From Alphaproteobacteria bacterium (lineage in GTDB: Bacteria > Pseudomonadota > Alphaproteobacteria > JBFXJJ01): a DNA stretch of 64,000 nt. The stretch lies in contig JBFXJJ010000013.1 in assembly GCA_050175015.1 (NCBI GenBank), positions 11,446-75,445 of the forward strand, in the 5' to 3' direction. Under the pieces are notes generated by a model that did no database searches, was not told the DNA's origin, and saw nothing but the letters and a program-made list of their open reading frames with translations. Below are positions 50,730-60,819 of this stretch, in pieces (position 1 is the stretch's first letter; every line of letters starts with the position of its first letter). A program made the position numbers and the translations under genes.

Positions 50730-53700
50730 TTATTTTGAAAAAAACTTTTTATCAAACCACTGCATAAATTTTGCTTGAAGCATCAAAGCGCATGGCGTAA
50801 CAATCAAAGTTAAAATCGTTGCGAAAGCGAGACCGTTAACTACAGCTGTAGATAATTGAACCCACCATTGCATAGACGGAGCTCCAATTGAGAGATTTCG
50901 GTTCACAAAATCAATGTTGAGGGCAATCATCATTGGAATAAGTCCAAGTATTGTTGTTGTCGTTGTTAACAAAACAGGTCTTAACCTCTGAGCTCCAGTT
51001 CTAACGATAGCCTCTTTAGGGTCAGAATATTGTTTTTTCAACAAGTCATAAGTATCAATAAGAATAATATTATTGTTAACCACTATACCTGCGAGCGAAA
51101 TGACGCCTATGCCCGTCATAATGACGCCAAACGGCTGCTGGAATATAACAAGACCTAGGAGTACGCCAATAGTTGATAGAATAACAGCGGTTAAAATTAA
51201 GAACGTTGAATAAAAACTGTTAAATTGTGTTACCAAAATAATTGCCATAATAAACAACGCTATACCAAAGGCTTTGCTTAAGAAAGCTTGTGACTCTTTT
51301 TGGTCTTCATCTTCACCTTTAAACTTAAACGTAACATTTTCATTAAGTGGGTTTTTCTGTAAATATTGTCCTAATTCAACAACTTTATCATTTGCCAAAA
51401 CGCCTTTTGCTACATCAGATTTAACTGTAATGACACGTTTTGAGTCGGTACGATATATGTTACTAACCATAGGCTCAGGTGTTAGGGTTACAAAACTTGA
51501 AATCGGAACTATGCCTGAGGAGGTTGCAACTTTAAGACGGTTGATTTGGGAAATTGAGCGATATTCTTCAGGATATCTTGCAACAATGTCAATTTCATCA
51601 TCAGAATCATCTGGTCGGTATGAAGAGAACTTGATGCCGTTAGTAATGAGCTGGACCATATCGCCAACGGAACTTACATCAACGCTAAATTTGGCGGCTT
51701 GAGTTCTATCAACATTAATATTCCATTGAATACCAGGAAGAGGAAGTGTGTCTTCAATATCAACGAACCCTCCTAGTTCCTCCATAGCTTTTTCAATATG
51801 GTTTGCTGCTTCAGGTAATAATGTTGGATCTTTTGAAGATAGTTCAACACTAATAGGTTTACCTTGGCGAGGACCTTCTTCTTGTTCTCGAACTTCAATA
51901 TAATATCCAGCAACATCCTTAGTTTTTTCTCTAATTTCTTCAATAACTACCGCCGCAGGTCGTCTTTCGTCCCATTCTTTGAATTCAAGGTTTACAACAC
52001 CAATAACATCTTCGGCAGCATCATTTCCTGAATAGCCAGAACGAGCATAAACAGCTTTGAAATCGTCCATTCCTAATACAAATTTCTCAACATCTTTAAC
52101 AAAGGCATCTTTTTCTTCTACCGAAAGATTTCCTCTAGCGTGAACTCTTATCAAAGCCTGACTTGGTTCGATATTGGGGAAAAATTCAAGACCTCTGCCG
52201 TACATTCCGTATATTACTGGAGCGACAAAAAGCATTATTAATGCGGCAATAATTATTTTTCCAGGGTTGTCTAAAGCTTTAGATAATATTCGAGCGTATT
52301 TTCCTGTAAAACCGTGTATTTTAGTGATGTCTCCGTGCTCACTGTTTTCTAAGTCCTCGGTTACTTCTTTGTCTTGTTCTACAGGTTTTCCTATAAGTCC
52401 GCCAAGTGTTGGGACAAATATGATAGCCATTACTAGAGATGCCAGCAATGTTGCAATTAATGTTATTGGGAGATATTTCATAAATTCGCCAACGATACCT
52501 GTCCAAAAAATCAGAGGAGCAAAAGCAGCAAGTGTTGTAGCTGTTGAGGCTATCACTGGCCAAGCCATACGTTTGGCGGCATCAGAATATGCGGTTTCTC
52601 TGTTTTTTCCTTCGTTCATTTCTCTATCAGCATATTCGGTGACAACAATAGCGCCATCAACCAGCATACCTACAGCTAAAATTAATGCGAATAAAACAAC
52701 CATATTAATGGTATAACCCATAATGTATATTGCTAGAATAGCCATTAAAAAAGAGCCGGGAATAGAAATTCCAACGAGAAGACCCGTTCTAACACCTAGA
52801 GCCGCAATAACAACAATCATAACAAGAATAATTGCTGAAATAACACTGTTTTGAAGATCATTAAGCATATCTTTAATGTCTTTTGATTGGTCTTGGTTGT
52901 AAGTGACGTTTATTCCTTCAGGCCAGTATTTTCGTTCTCTTTCAACAATTTCCTTAACTTTCTCAACGGTATTAATAACGTTTTCACCTGTCCTTTTCGA
53001 AACTTCAAGAGCAACAGATGGTTTGCCGCCAACTCTGGCGTATCCTGTGGCATCTTTGAAAGCTCTGCGTCCTGTTGCAATATCAGATAGACGAACGACA
53101 GCGTCGCCATTAACTTTAACAGGTAGATCCATAATATCTTGAATTTCTTTTAAAAGACCTGGAACTTTAATGGCAAAACGTCCTTTGCCCGTGTCTAATG
53201 AACCCGCCGCAACTAGAGTGTTAGAGCGGATTAAAAATGAAGAGAGCTCTGAGGCTGATATGCCGTAGCTTTCAACCATTGCAGGGTCAATAATTATTTC
53301 TACTTGCTCGTCTCTATCGCCGGCAATATCGGCTTCAAGAACTTCAGGCAGTCCCTCTAATTCGTCTTGCAGGGAACGAGCGATTTTTATCAGGGAACGT
53401 TCAGGAACATCTCCCGTTAGGGTAACTACAATAATTGGGAACAAGCTAAAGTTTAATTCATCAACTGTTGGTTCATCTGTTTCGGACGGCAAGTCTGGTT
53501 TGGCAGTATCAACCTTTTCTCTAACATCAGTCAAGGCTTTGTCTGAATCAAAGCCGGCATTAAATTCAAGAACAACTTGAGCGCCGCCCTCATAAGCAGT
53601 AGCCGTCATTTCTTTAACGCCTTCAACTGCTCTGAGTTCTTGTTCCATAGGTTTAATAAGTAGGCGTTCCGAATCTTCAGGGGAAATACCTCTATATGTC

Positions 53701-53849
53701 ATACCTACAATAATGTAAGGAATGTTGACATCAGGAGATGATTCTTTTGGAATATCGATAAATGATATTAAGCCAGAAATCAGAATTAAAAAGAACGTCA
53801 TTAAGACCGTTCTTTTACGGGCAAAAGCTTCGTTTATTATTGAATTCAT
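50730..53849 (-). CDS. RND efflux permease (AcrB/AcrD/AcrF family)
   Basis: GMLVDGAIVV, GIVGEF, GIVVNNNIILID, RLRPVLLTT; 1039 aa. Confidence 0.95.
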   Translation of the reverse strand: MNSIINEAFARKRTVLMTFFLILISGLISFIDIPKESSPDVNIPYIIVGMTYRGISPEDSERLLIKPMEQELRAVEGVKEMTATAYEGGAQVVLEFNAGFDSDKALTDVREKVDTAKPDLPSETDEPTVDELNFSLFPIIVVTLTGDVPERSLIKIARSLQDELEGLPEVLEADIAGDRDEQVEIIIDPAMVESYGISASELSSFLIRSNTLVAAGSLDTGKGRFAIKVPGLLKEIQDIMDLPVKVNGDAVVRLSDIATGRRAFKDATGYARVGGKPSVALEVSKRTGENVINTVEKVKEIVERERKYWPEGINVTYNQDQSKDIKDMLNDLQNSVISAIILVMIVVIAALGVRTGLLVGISIPGSFLMAILAIYIMGYTINMVVLFALILAVGMLVDGAIVVTEYADREMNEGKNRETAYSDAAKRMAWPVIASTATTLAAFAPLIFWTGIVGEFMKYLPITLIATLLASLVMAIIFVPTLGGLIGKPVEQDKEVTEDLENSEHGDITKIHGFTGKYARILSKALDNPGKIIIAALIMLFVAPVIYGMYGRGLEFFPNIEPSQALIRVHARGNLSVEEKDAFVKDVEKFVLGMDDFKAVYARSGYSGNDAAEDVIGVVNLEFKEWDERRPAAVVIEEIREKTKDVAGYYIEVREQEEGPRQGKPISVELSSKDPTLLPEAANHIEKAMEELGGFVDIEDTLPLPGIQWNINVDRTQAAKFSVDVSSVGDMVQLITNGIKFSSYRPDDSDDEIDIVARYPEEYRSISQINRLKVATSSGIVPISSFVTLTPEPMVSNIYRTDSKRVITVKSDVAKGVLANDKVVELGQYLQKNPLNENVTFKFKGEDEDQKESQAFLSKAFGIALFIMAIILVTQFNSFYSTFLILTAVILSTIGVLLGLVIFQQPFGVIMTGIGVISLAGIVVNNNIILIDTYDLLKKQYSDPKEAIVRTGAQRLRPVLLTTTTTILGLIPMMIALNIDFVNRNLSIGAPSMQWWVQLSTAVVNGLAFATILTLIVTPCALMLQAKFMQWFDKKFFSK

Positions 53850-53862
53850 ATTATTTTACCAG

Positions 53863-54945
53863 TTAGCTATTAGTTTCATCTTCATTAATAGCGATGACTT
53901 TAGTGTTTTCTTTAACAAAATCTCCGCCGGCAACGACTAGTCTTATATGGTCAGGCAAACCGCTAATCCACATACCATCGTAATCGTGTTTTACAATATT
54001 AACGGTATGAAATTGAATAACATCGTTATCATCAACGGTTTTAATCCCAACTTCGCCTCTATCATTTAAACCAAGAATAGCGGGAGAAATTTTGTAAGCT
54101 TTGACTGGAGCTAATGAAAACTTAACTTCTGTTGTCATACCCTCAGCAACAAAACCGTCTTTGTTGGGAGATTTCATTTCAACGGTGTAAGTTCTTGTGG
54201 TTTCATTTGCTATTTTAGAGACAAAGGTAATCTCACCTTCTAAAACTGTTCCATCAATTAGGGTTGCGGTAATTGGCAGTCCTTCAGCAATAGCCGAAAA
54301 GCTATTTTCTGGAATTTCAGCAGTTATTTTTATAGGATCTAAGTCAACAATTGTAGCAATTTCGGTTCCAACACTTACGTAGTCTCCAACTTCAACATAT
54401 CTTTTATCAAGATAGCCATCAAAAGGAGCTTTAATGCTGGTTCTTTGTAAATCAAGCTCGGCGGACTTAAGAGAAGCTTTAGCAGAATTCAATTGTGATA
54501 AAGCCTCAGCTAGTCTAATTTGTGAATTAAATCCCTTTTGAGAAAGATTTTTAGCGGCTGTATATTCTAACTGGCGTTGTTGAACTAGAGCTTTAGCCTC
54601 ATCAAATTTTACAGGGCGGTCATCAGATGATATTTTTATTAAAGTATCATTTGAAGTTATGCGCTCGCCTTCTTGTTTTACAATCTGTGATATTGTTCCA
54701 GATGTTTCGGCTTTAATTGTAACTTTTTTATCAGCGTTAGTTTTGCCTTTGATAACAAGTTCAGCATTAACAAATTGAGACTTTAAATCGGCAACCTTGA
54801 CTCGATATAGTGAGACTTCTTCTGCAGGCTCACCTATAGCGCCATTTGATTTAAAGACCACCCCAGACGTAATCCAGAGTACACTAAAAATAAAAATTAA
54901 AATTGCAGTTTTGTGAGAACCTTTTAGCTTAATATTTCTACGCAT
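53863..54945 (-). CDS. RND periplasmic adaptor (membrane fusion protein)
   Basis: N-terminal TM, AETSG, IKAPFDG, TRTY. Confidence 0.93.
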   Translation of the reverse strand: MRRNIKLKGSHKTAILIFIFSVLWITSGVVFKSNGAIGEPAEEVSLYRVKVADLKSQFVNAELVIKGKTNADKKVTIKAETSGTISQIVKQEGERITSNDTLIKISSDDRPVKFDEAKALVQQRQLEYTAAKNLSQKGFNSQIRLAEALSQLNSAKASLKSAELDLQRTSIKAPFDGYLDKRYVEVGDYVSVGTEIATIVDLDPIKITAEIPENSFSAIAEGLPITATLIDGTVLEGEITFVSKIANETTRTYTVEMKSPNKDGFVAEGMTTEVKFSLAPVKAYKISPAILGLNDRGEVGIKTVDDNDVIQFHTVNIVKHDYDGMWISGLPDHIRLVVAGGDFVKENTKVIAINEDETNS

Positions 54946-54946
54946 T

Positions 54947-55486
54947 TTAAACCTCTTCTAGAGTTTTAGTTTTCAGCTCATTGATTAAATCGTTTTTATT
55001 TTCTTTAATGTACTCTACTATTGTAGCGTTAATTTTTTCGCCCAGACCTTTAACAAATCGTTTTCCTGCGCTGTTTTCAAATATGCCGCAATCTTTAATC
55101 TTTTGTAGTTTTTTACTAATATTACTTACAAAAATATCAAGAATCACATCAACATGCTCAGCAGTTAAAAATTCTGCAAAAAACAAAATAAAAAGAATTT
55201 CTGATTTATGTTTATCTTCTACAGGTACTTTTATAAGGGATTTTGTGAAAAATTCCACACCTTTTTTAGTTATAGTATAGACTTTTTTATCTGGTTTGTT
55301 TTCTTGGGTAGTGGGGGTGCATAAAACTCTCCCCTCTTTTAACAAAGAATTAAGAGCAGGGTAAATTGAGCCATAACCAATATGATGGAAAGAACTCATT
55401 GGTCCTTTTTCGCAAAATTGTTTGATTTCATAGCCAGAGGCCTCTCCAGCCATTAAAACTCCAAGACAAAGAGTTTTTGCATCCAT
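54947..55486 (-). CDS. PadR/AphA-family transcriptional regulator
   Basis: SGYEIKQ, GSIYPAL, PDKKVYTITKKG; ATG 55486 after TAAGGA. Confidence 0.92.
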   Translation of the reverse strand: MDAKTLCLGVLMAGEASGYEIKQFCEKGPMSSFHHIGYGSIYPALNSLLKEGRVLCTPTTQENKPDKKVYTITKKGVEFFTKSLIKVPVEDKHKSEILFILFFAEFLTAEHVDVILDIFVSNISKKLQKIKDCGIFENSAGKRFVKGLGEKINATIVEYIKENKNDLINELKTKTLEEV

Positions 55487-55516
55487 TGTATTTTTCCTTA
55501 ACATTATTTCAAACCG

Positions 55517-55549
55517 ATATATCAAAATGATATATTATAAAATGATATA
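55517..55549. promoter_or_regulatory. Candidate PadR operator (palindrome plus tandem half-site)
   Basis: atatatca-aaa-tgatatat (55517-55535); aaaatgatata repeated at 55524 and 55539; about 30 bp upstream of padR. Confidence 0.5.
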
Positions 55550-55645
55550 CTACAACAAAATTTGTTATTTTTTTTACAATACTATTTGACCTTGCTAGTC
55601 TAAGATATAAACTACTATTCAATATAAATTTTATGGGAGGCGACT

Positions 55646-56749
55646 TTGACAGATTCTTCATTAAGAAAAACACCCTTATACGAACTTCATAAAAAGCTTG
55701 GCGCAAAAATGGTGTCTTTTGCTGGGTATGCAATGCCTTTGCAGTATACTAAAGGCATTATTCATGAGCATAATCATTGCCGTACTAGAGCAGCATTATT
55801 TGATGTTTCTCACATGGGGCAGGTGAAGATAACGGGTGAAAATCTGCCTGAAGTTTTGGAAGCAATCGTTCCATCGCCTGTTAAAGAACTAAAAGTTGGA
55901 AAACAAAGATATTCTATTCTAATGAATGAAAAAGGCGGAATTCTTGACGACTTAATGATTAGCAATTATGGCGATTATTTCATATTCATAGTAAATGCTG
56001 CTTGTAAAGAAAACGATTTTGCTATTTTGAGAATAGAGCTTGATGGCAAAGCAATGGTTGAAATGTTGGAAGACCGAGCTCTTCTTGCTCTTCAAGGATT
56101 GGAAGCGGGCAAAGTAATGACTCGTATAGCTCCAGATGTTGCGTCAATGAAATTTATGGACGTTAGAGCCGTTAATATTAGTGGATTTGAATGCCTAGTT
56201 TCACGTTCAGGATACACAGGTGAAGACGGCTTTGAAATATCAGTAAGAAATGATCAAGCTGTTGCTTTGGCTGAACTTCTTTTGAATCAGCCTGAAGTTG
56301 AACCTGCGGGGTTAGGTGCCAGAGACACATTAAGACTCGAAGCTGGACTTTGTCTTTATGGTTCAGACATTAATGAAATTACAACTCCTCTTGAAGCTGG
56401 AATTGACTGGGTATTTGGTAAAAGGCGTAAAGAAGAAGGCAATTTCATAGGTTTTCCAGTTATTGAAAAACAAACAAGAGATGGCATTAAACAAAAATTG
56501 GTTGGTTTAAAGCCTCTTTCTAAGATTCCTGCTAGAGCGCATACCAAAATTTTGAATAAAGAAGGCGAAGTTATTGGTGAAGTAACTTCTGGAGGTTTTA
56601 GCCCTGTTTTGCAAGAACCTATTGCGATGGGTTATGTTAAAGTTAATTACAGTGAGCCTGAAACTGAGCTTATGTTAGATATTAGAGGAAATAATGTCAG
56701 TGCTAAAATTGTGCCGCTGCCGTTTGTTCCTCATCGTTATATGAAATAA
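55646..56749 (+). CDS. gcvT: Glycine cleavage aminomethyltransferase T
   Basis: LFDVSHMG, SRSGYTGEDGFE, GLGARDTLRLEAG; GGGAGG RBS with TTG start. Confidence 0.97.
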   Translation: MTDSSLRKTPLYELHKKLGAKMVSFAGYAMPLQYTKGIIHEHNHCRTRAALFDVSHMGQVKITGENLPEVLEAIVPSPVKELKVGKQRYSILMNEKGGILDDLMISNYGDYFIFIVNAACKENDFAILRIELDGKAMVEMLEDRALLALQGLEAGKVMTRIAPDVASMKFMDVRAVNISGFECLVSRSGYTGEDGFEISVRNDQAVALAELLLNQPEVEPAGLGARDTLRLEAGLCLYGSDINEITTPLEAGIDWVFGKRRKEEGNFIGFPVIEKQTRDGIKQKLVGLKPLSKIPARAHTKILNKEGEVIGEVTSGGFSPVLQEPIAMGYVKVNYSEPETELMLDIRGNNVSAKIVPLPFVPHRYMK

Positions 56750-56766
56750 TCTTTAAGGAGAATTTG

Positions 56767-57144
56767 ATGACAGAAATAAAATATACTAAATCTCACGAAT
56801 GGATAAAGTTGGAAGGTGACAGGGCAACTGTTGGCATTACAGATTATGCTCAATCTCAATTGGGAGATGTGGTTTTTGTAAGTTTGCCCGAGGCTGGAAA
56901 AAACTTTAAGGCTAGTGATGAGGTTGCTGTTGTTGAATCTGTGAAAACCGCTAGTGAAATATACAGCCCTGTATCGGGCGAAATTGCAGAAGTTAATTCT
57001 CTTTTAGAAGATGCTCCTGAAAAGATTAATTCTGATGCTATGGGTGATGGCTGGATTTATAAAATTAAATTAACTAATCAGGGAGAACTTTCTGCTCTTC
57101 TTGATGAAGTACAATATAACGAATTCCTAAAAGAATTACATTAA
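56767..57144 (+). CDS. gcvH: Glycine cleavage H protein
   Basis: HEW, GITDYAQ, VESVKTASE lipoyl-Lys motif (alternative TTG start at 56764). Confidence 0.97.
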   Translation: MTEIKYTKSHEWIKLEGDRATVGITDYAQSQLGDVVFVSLPEAGKNFKASDEVAVVESVKTASEIYSPVSGEIAEVNSLLEDAPEKINSDAMGDGWIYKIKLTNQGELSALLDEVQYNEFLKELH

Positions 57145-58491
57145 ATGCGCTATTTACCTCTTTCAGAGAAAGATCGCGAGGAGATGCTTGCCAAAATAGG
57201 GGCGTCTTCTATTGACGATCTTTTTAAAGATGTGCCTAAAGCTGCTCTAGTTAAAGATAATACCCATACCGCAATAGACCTTCCTTTTGGTCTTAGTGAA
57301 ATCGAGGTTTCTAAAGAACTATCTAAGATGGCGGCTAAAAATTTATGTTTATGTAAAGCCTCTTCATTTTTAGGGGCTGGAGCATATCATCATCATACTC
57401 CCGCAGCTTTGGATTATCTTATTCAAAGAGGAGAATTTTTAACTGCGTATACGCCATATCAGCCAGAAGTAAGCCAAGGCACGCTTCAGGTTCTTTATGA
57501 ATTTCAAACCCAAGTTGCTGCTATCACAGGTATGGAAATTGCAAATGCGTCAATGTATGACGGGGCTACAGCCTGCGCTGAAGCTATTGCGATGGCTTGC
57601 CGCATTACCAAAAAGACGAAGGCAGTCGTTTCGGGAAATCTTCATCCTCATTATATTGAAACCTCAACAACTTTCGTAAAACATATTGGTATTTCTTTTG
57701 ATATTGGCAAACCGTTTGAAACCAAAGTTGATTTATTATCAAAAATAAAGGCAGATACGGCTTGCGTTGTTGTTGCATATCCTGACTTTTTGGGAAGTCT
57801 AGAAGATTATACCGATGTGGCAGCAAAATGCCACGAAGTTGGGGCTTTGTTAATCGGAGTATTTACCGAACCTTTAGCTTTTGGATATATCAAAACGCTT
57901 GGTTCTATGGGAGCTGATGTCGTGGTCGGTGAAGGACTGTCATTATGTGCAGGGCTTAGCTTTGGAGCGCCTGGAGTTGGTCTTTTTGCCACACTTAAAA
58001 AGTATATGCGTCATATTCCTGGCCGTATTGTCGGACAAACCAAAGATGCCGATGGCAAAAGAGGTTTTGTGCTAACACTGGCAACCAGAGAACAGCATAT
58101 AAGAAGAGAAAAAGCAACGTCTAACATCTGCTCGAACTCAGGTCTTATGGCTACAGCCTTTTCTATTCATATGACAATGCTTGGTGAAAAAGGTTATTAT
58201 GAGCTGGCTAAACTTAACCATAAGCTGACATCATACTTAGTAAGCAAATTAAAAAGTCTTGCTAATTTAAAAGTTCTTAACAAAAGCTTTTTCAATGAAA
58301 TTGCGGTTGAGCTTTCTAAACCAGCAGAGGAAGCTGTTGCTAATCTTTTGGATAAAGACATCTTTGCGGGTGTTCCTCTTTCAAGATTTTATAAAGAAGA
58401 ATCTTTAGAAAATGTTTTGTTAATTGCTGTTACAGAAATGAACAGCGAAGAAGAAATTGATAATTTTGTAAGCAAGCTTGAAAGACTTTAA
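57145..58491 (+). CDS. gcvPA: Glycine dehydrogenase subunit 1
   Basis: FLGAGAY, YTPYQPEVSQG, NASMYDG, TREQHIRREKATSNIC. Confidence 0.96.
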   Translation: MRYLPLSEKDREEMLAKIGASSIDDLFKDVPKAALVKDNTHTAIDLPFGLSEIEVSKELSKMAAKNLCLCKASSFLGAGAYHHHTPAALDYLIQRGEFLTAYTPYQPEVSQGTLQVLYEFQTQVAAITGMEIANASMYDGATACAEAIAMACRITKKTKAVVSGNLHPHYIETSTTFVKHIGISFDIGKPFETKVDLLSKIKADTACVVVAYPDFLGSLEDYTDVAAKCHEVGALLIGVFTEPLAFGYIKTLGSMGADVVVGEGLSLCAGLSFGAPGVGLFATLKKYMRHIPGRIVGQTKDADGKRGFVLTLATREQHIRREKATSNICSNSGLMATAFSIHMTMLGEKGYYELAKLNHKLTSYLVSKLKSLANLKVLNKSFFNEIAVELSKPAEEAVANLLDKDIFAGVPLSRFYKEESLENVLLIAVTEMNSEEEIDNFVSKLERL

Positions 58492-58494
58492 AAA

Positions 58495-60003
58495 ATGACA
58501 GAAAATATAACGGCTAACAATGGTCTTACTATTGAAGAACCTTTAATCTTTGAGCAAGGTGATAAGAGTAAAACGGCAATAGATATTAAAAGTTTTCCAG
58601 ATGTTAAAGACTGCTGTGATAGTTTTTTAAGAAAAGATGAATTAGGCTTATCGGGACTTTCTGAGCCAGAAGTCATTCGTCATTATACAAGATTGTCGCA
58701 GAAAAATTATGGTATAGACACAGGGTTTTATCCTCTTGGTTCTTGTACAATGAAGTATAACCCTAGGGTTAACGAAAAAATGGCAAGGCTTTGCGGATTT
58801 GCAGATGTTCATCCATTTCAACCTGAGATTACAGTTCAAGGAGCTTTAGAGGCTATTTATGAGCTTGGCAACTGGCTTAAAGAGTTAACGGGAATGGCTG
58901 AAGTTGCGATGACACCTGCCGCAGGCGCTCACGGTGAGCTTTGTGGTATGATGGCAATTAAGGCATATCACGATTATAAAAAGGACGAAAACCGCAAAAT
59001 TGTTTTAGTTCCAGATTCTGCTCATGGCACCAATCCTGCAACAGCGGCTCTTTGTGGATATGCTGTAGAAAATATCAAGTCTTTAGCTAATGGTAAACTA
59101 GACGTTAGTTTAATTAAGGAGAGACTTGCTGGTTCCAAGGGCAAAGATGTTGCGGCATTGATGCTTACAAATCCTAATACCTGCGGTTTGTTTGAAAATA
59201 ATATTATTGAAATATCAAAAGCAATTCACGATGCCGGAGCTTTGTTTTATTTAGATGGAGCCAATTTTAATGCTGTAATGGGCAGAGTTAAGATTGCTGA
59301 TTTAGGCGCCGATGCTATGCACATCAATCTTCATAAAACGTTTTCTACACCTCATGGTGGTGGTGGTCCTGGTTCAGGTCCCACGGTTTTTTCTGAAAAA
59401 CTAGCGCCATTTGCACCACTTCCCAAAGTTATTAAAAGCGGTGAGCATTATCATTTGATTGAAGATGATGAAACTAATCGTTCTTTTGGTCGTATGCGTT
59501 CTTTCCACGGTCAATTTGGTGTGATTGTTAGAGCTTTGTCTTATGTCAAAACAATGGGGATTGATGGTTTGAAGCAGGCATCTGGTGATGCTGTATTAAA
59601 TGCTAATTATATTCTTCATAGCTTAAAAGATGTTTTCTCCGCTTTTGTTAAAGACGGGTATTGTATGCACGAAGCTTTATTTGATGATGAAAGCTTGAAA
59701 GATACAGGGGTAACAACGCTTGATATTGCCAAAGCTCTTCTCGATGAAGGCTATCACCCGATGACAATGTATTTTCCTTTGGTTGTCCACGGAGCAATGC
59801 TTATTGAACCGACAGAAACTGAAAGCAAAAAAACGCTTGATGAATTTATTGATGTTATGAAAAAGCTTCATCAAAAAGCAAAAGATGGTGATGCCGAATT
59901 CTTTAAACAGGCACCAAGAAAAACACCAAGAAGACGTCTAGATGAAACCTTGGCAGCAAGAAGTCCAGAACTGACCTTTTGTCCTTGTTTAGAAGCTGAA
60001 TAA
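58495..60003 (+). CDS. gcvPB: Glycine dehydrogenase subunit 2
   Basis: PLGSCTMKYNP, SAHGTNPA, NLHKTFSTPHGGGGPG, EPTETE. Confidence 0.96.
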   Translation: MTENITANNGLTIEEPLIFEQGDKSKTAIDIKSFPDVKDCCDSFLRKDELGLSGLSEPEVIRHYTRLSQKNYGIDTGFYPLGSCTMKYNPRVNEKMARLCGFADVHPFQPEITVQGALEAIYELGNWLKELTGMAEVAMTPAAGAHGELCGMMAIKAYHDYKKDENRKIVLVPDSAHGTNPATAALCGYAVENIKSLANGKLDVSLIKERLAGSKGKDVAALMLTNPNTCGLFENNIIEISKAIHDAGALFYLDGANFNAVMGRVKIADLGADAMHINLHKTFSTPHGGGGPGSGPTVFSEKLAPFAPLPKVIKSGEHYHLIEDDETNRSFGRMRSFHGQFGVIVRALSYVKTMGIDGLKQASGDAVLNANYILHSLKDVFSAFVKDGYCMHEALFDDESLKDTGVTTLDIAKALLDEGYHPMTMYFPLVVHGAMLIEPTETESKKTLDEFIDVMKKLHQKAKDGDAEFFKQAPRKTPRRRLDETLAARSPELTFCPCLEAE

Positions 60004-60026
60004 GGTTTTGTTTTAGCTTATAATTC

Positions 60027-60059
60027 AAAAGCTCTTGTTTTCTTAGCAAGAGCTTTTTT
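60027..60059. terminator. Intrinsic terminator after gcvPB
   Basis: aaaagctcttg-ttttcttag-caagagctttt. Confidence 0.75.
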
Positions 60060-60120
60060 ATATTTCATAATTTAGTGTCTTAAATTCACTTAAAATAGAA
60101 TGCTAACATTTCTTTTCCTT

Positions 60121-60807
60121 TTAAAAGAAAGAGACCTTAATCACATACAATATTGCTAAGTGCAGCGGATAATACATATATTTAAATAGTTTTATTAGCC
60201 GCTTTTTTTTATCTGATAATGGTCTTGTAATTTTTAAAAATGAAAATTTTTCTTGATAGAAAATTACAGGTAAAGCAAAAATAGCAAAAACTTGAATCTG
60301 ATAAGGGAAAGCATAAGAAAGATGATACGTTATTACGTAGTAGTGCGTTAATATTATAAAAGCCACATCAAGAATGTTCATAACAATAAAGAGCGCAAGC
60401 TTTCTCTCTCTTAATAGATAAAACATTAGAACAAGAGCAACGCCATAAGCTCCAGAGTCAAACGCACAAAACTGAGCAATCGCAGCAATCGCTGCAACGC
60501 TTATATATCTAACTATTTTAGGAATATTTAGGTTTAAGATTTTTATACAGAATAGTCCTGCAAGCAGTGTAAAACAGATGTTTAATTGCGTATCTTCAAG
60601 GTATAGATAGAAAGGAACTTGAGAAATTAAGGACAGATACCAAAGGCGCAAAGCATAATTACTAAAACTTCTTGTTCTCCTAAAACCTTCGGCAATGCCA
60701 TAGGCAAAAATCGGAAAACAAATACGTCCAAATATTTTTAGGATAATAAAAGGATACAGGGTATATAAATGTCCTACAGTCATAGATATCAGTGCTAGCG
60801 TAAACAA
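60121..60807 (-). CDS. TraX-family membrane acyltransferase-like protein
   Basis: GRICFPIFAY…EGFRRT, YALRL, ISQVPF, NICFTL, FKYMYYPLHL. Confidence 0.82.
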   Translation of the reverse strand: MFTLALISMTVGHLYTLYPFIILKIFGRICFPIFAYGIAEGFRRTRSFSNYALRLWYLSLISQVPFYLYLEDTQLNICFTLLAGLFCIKILNLNIPKIVRYISVAAIAAIAQFCAFDSGAYGVALVLMFYLLRERKLALFIVMNILDVAFIILTHYYVITYHLSYAFPYQIQVFAIFALPVIFYQEKFSFLKITRPLSDKKKRLIKLFKYMYYPLHLAILYVIKVSFF

Positions 60808-60819
60808 TTTTATATCTCC

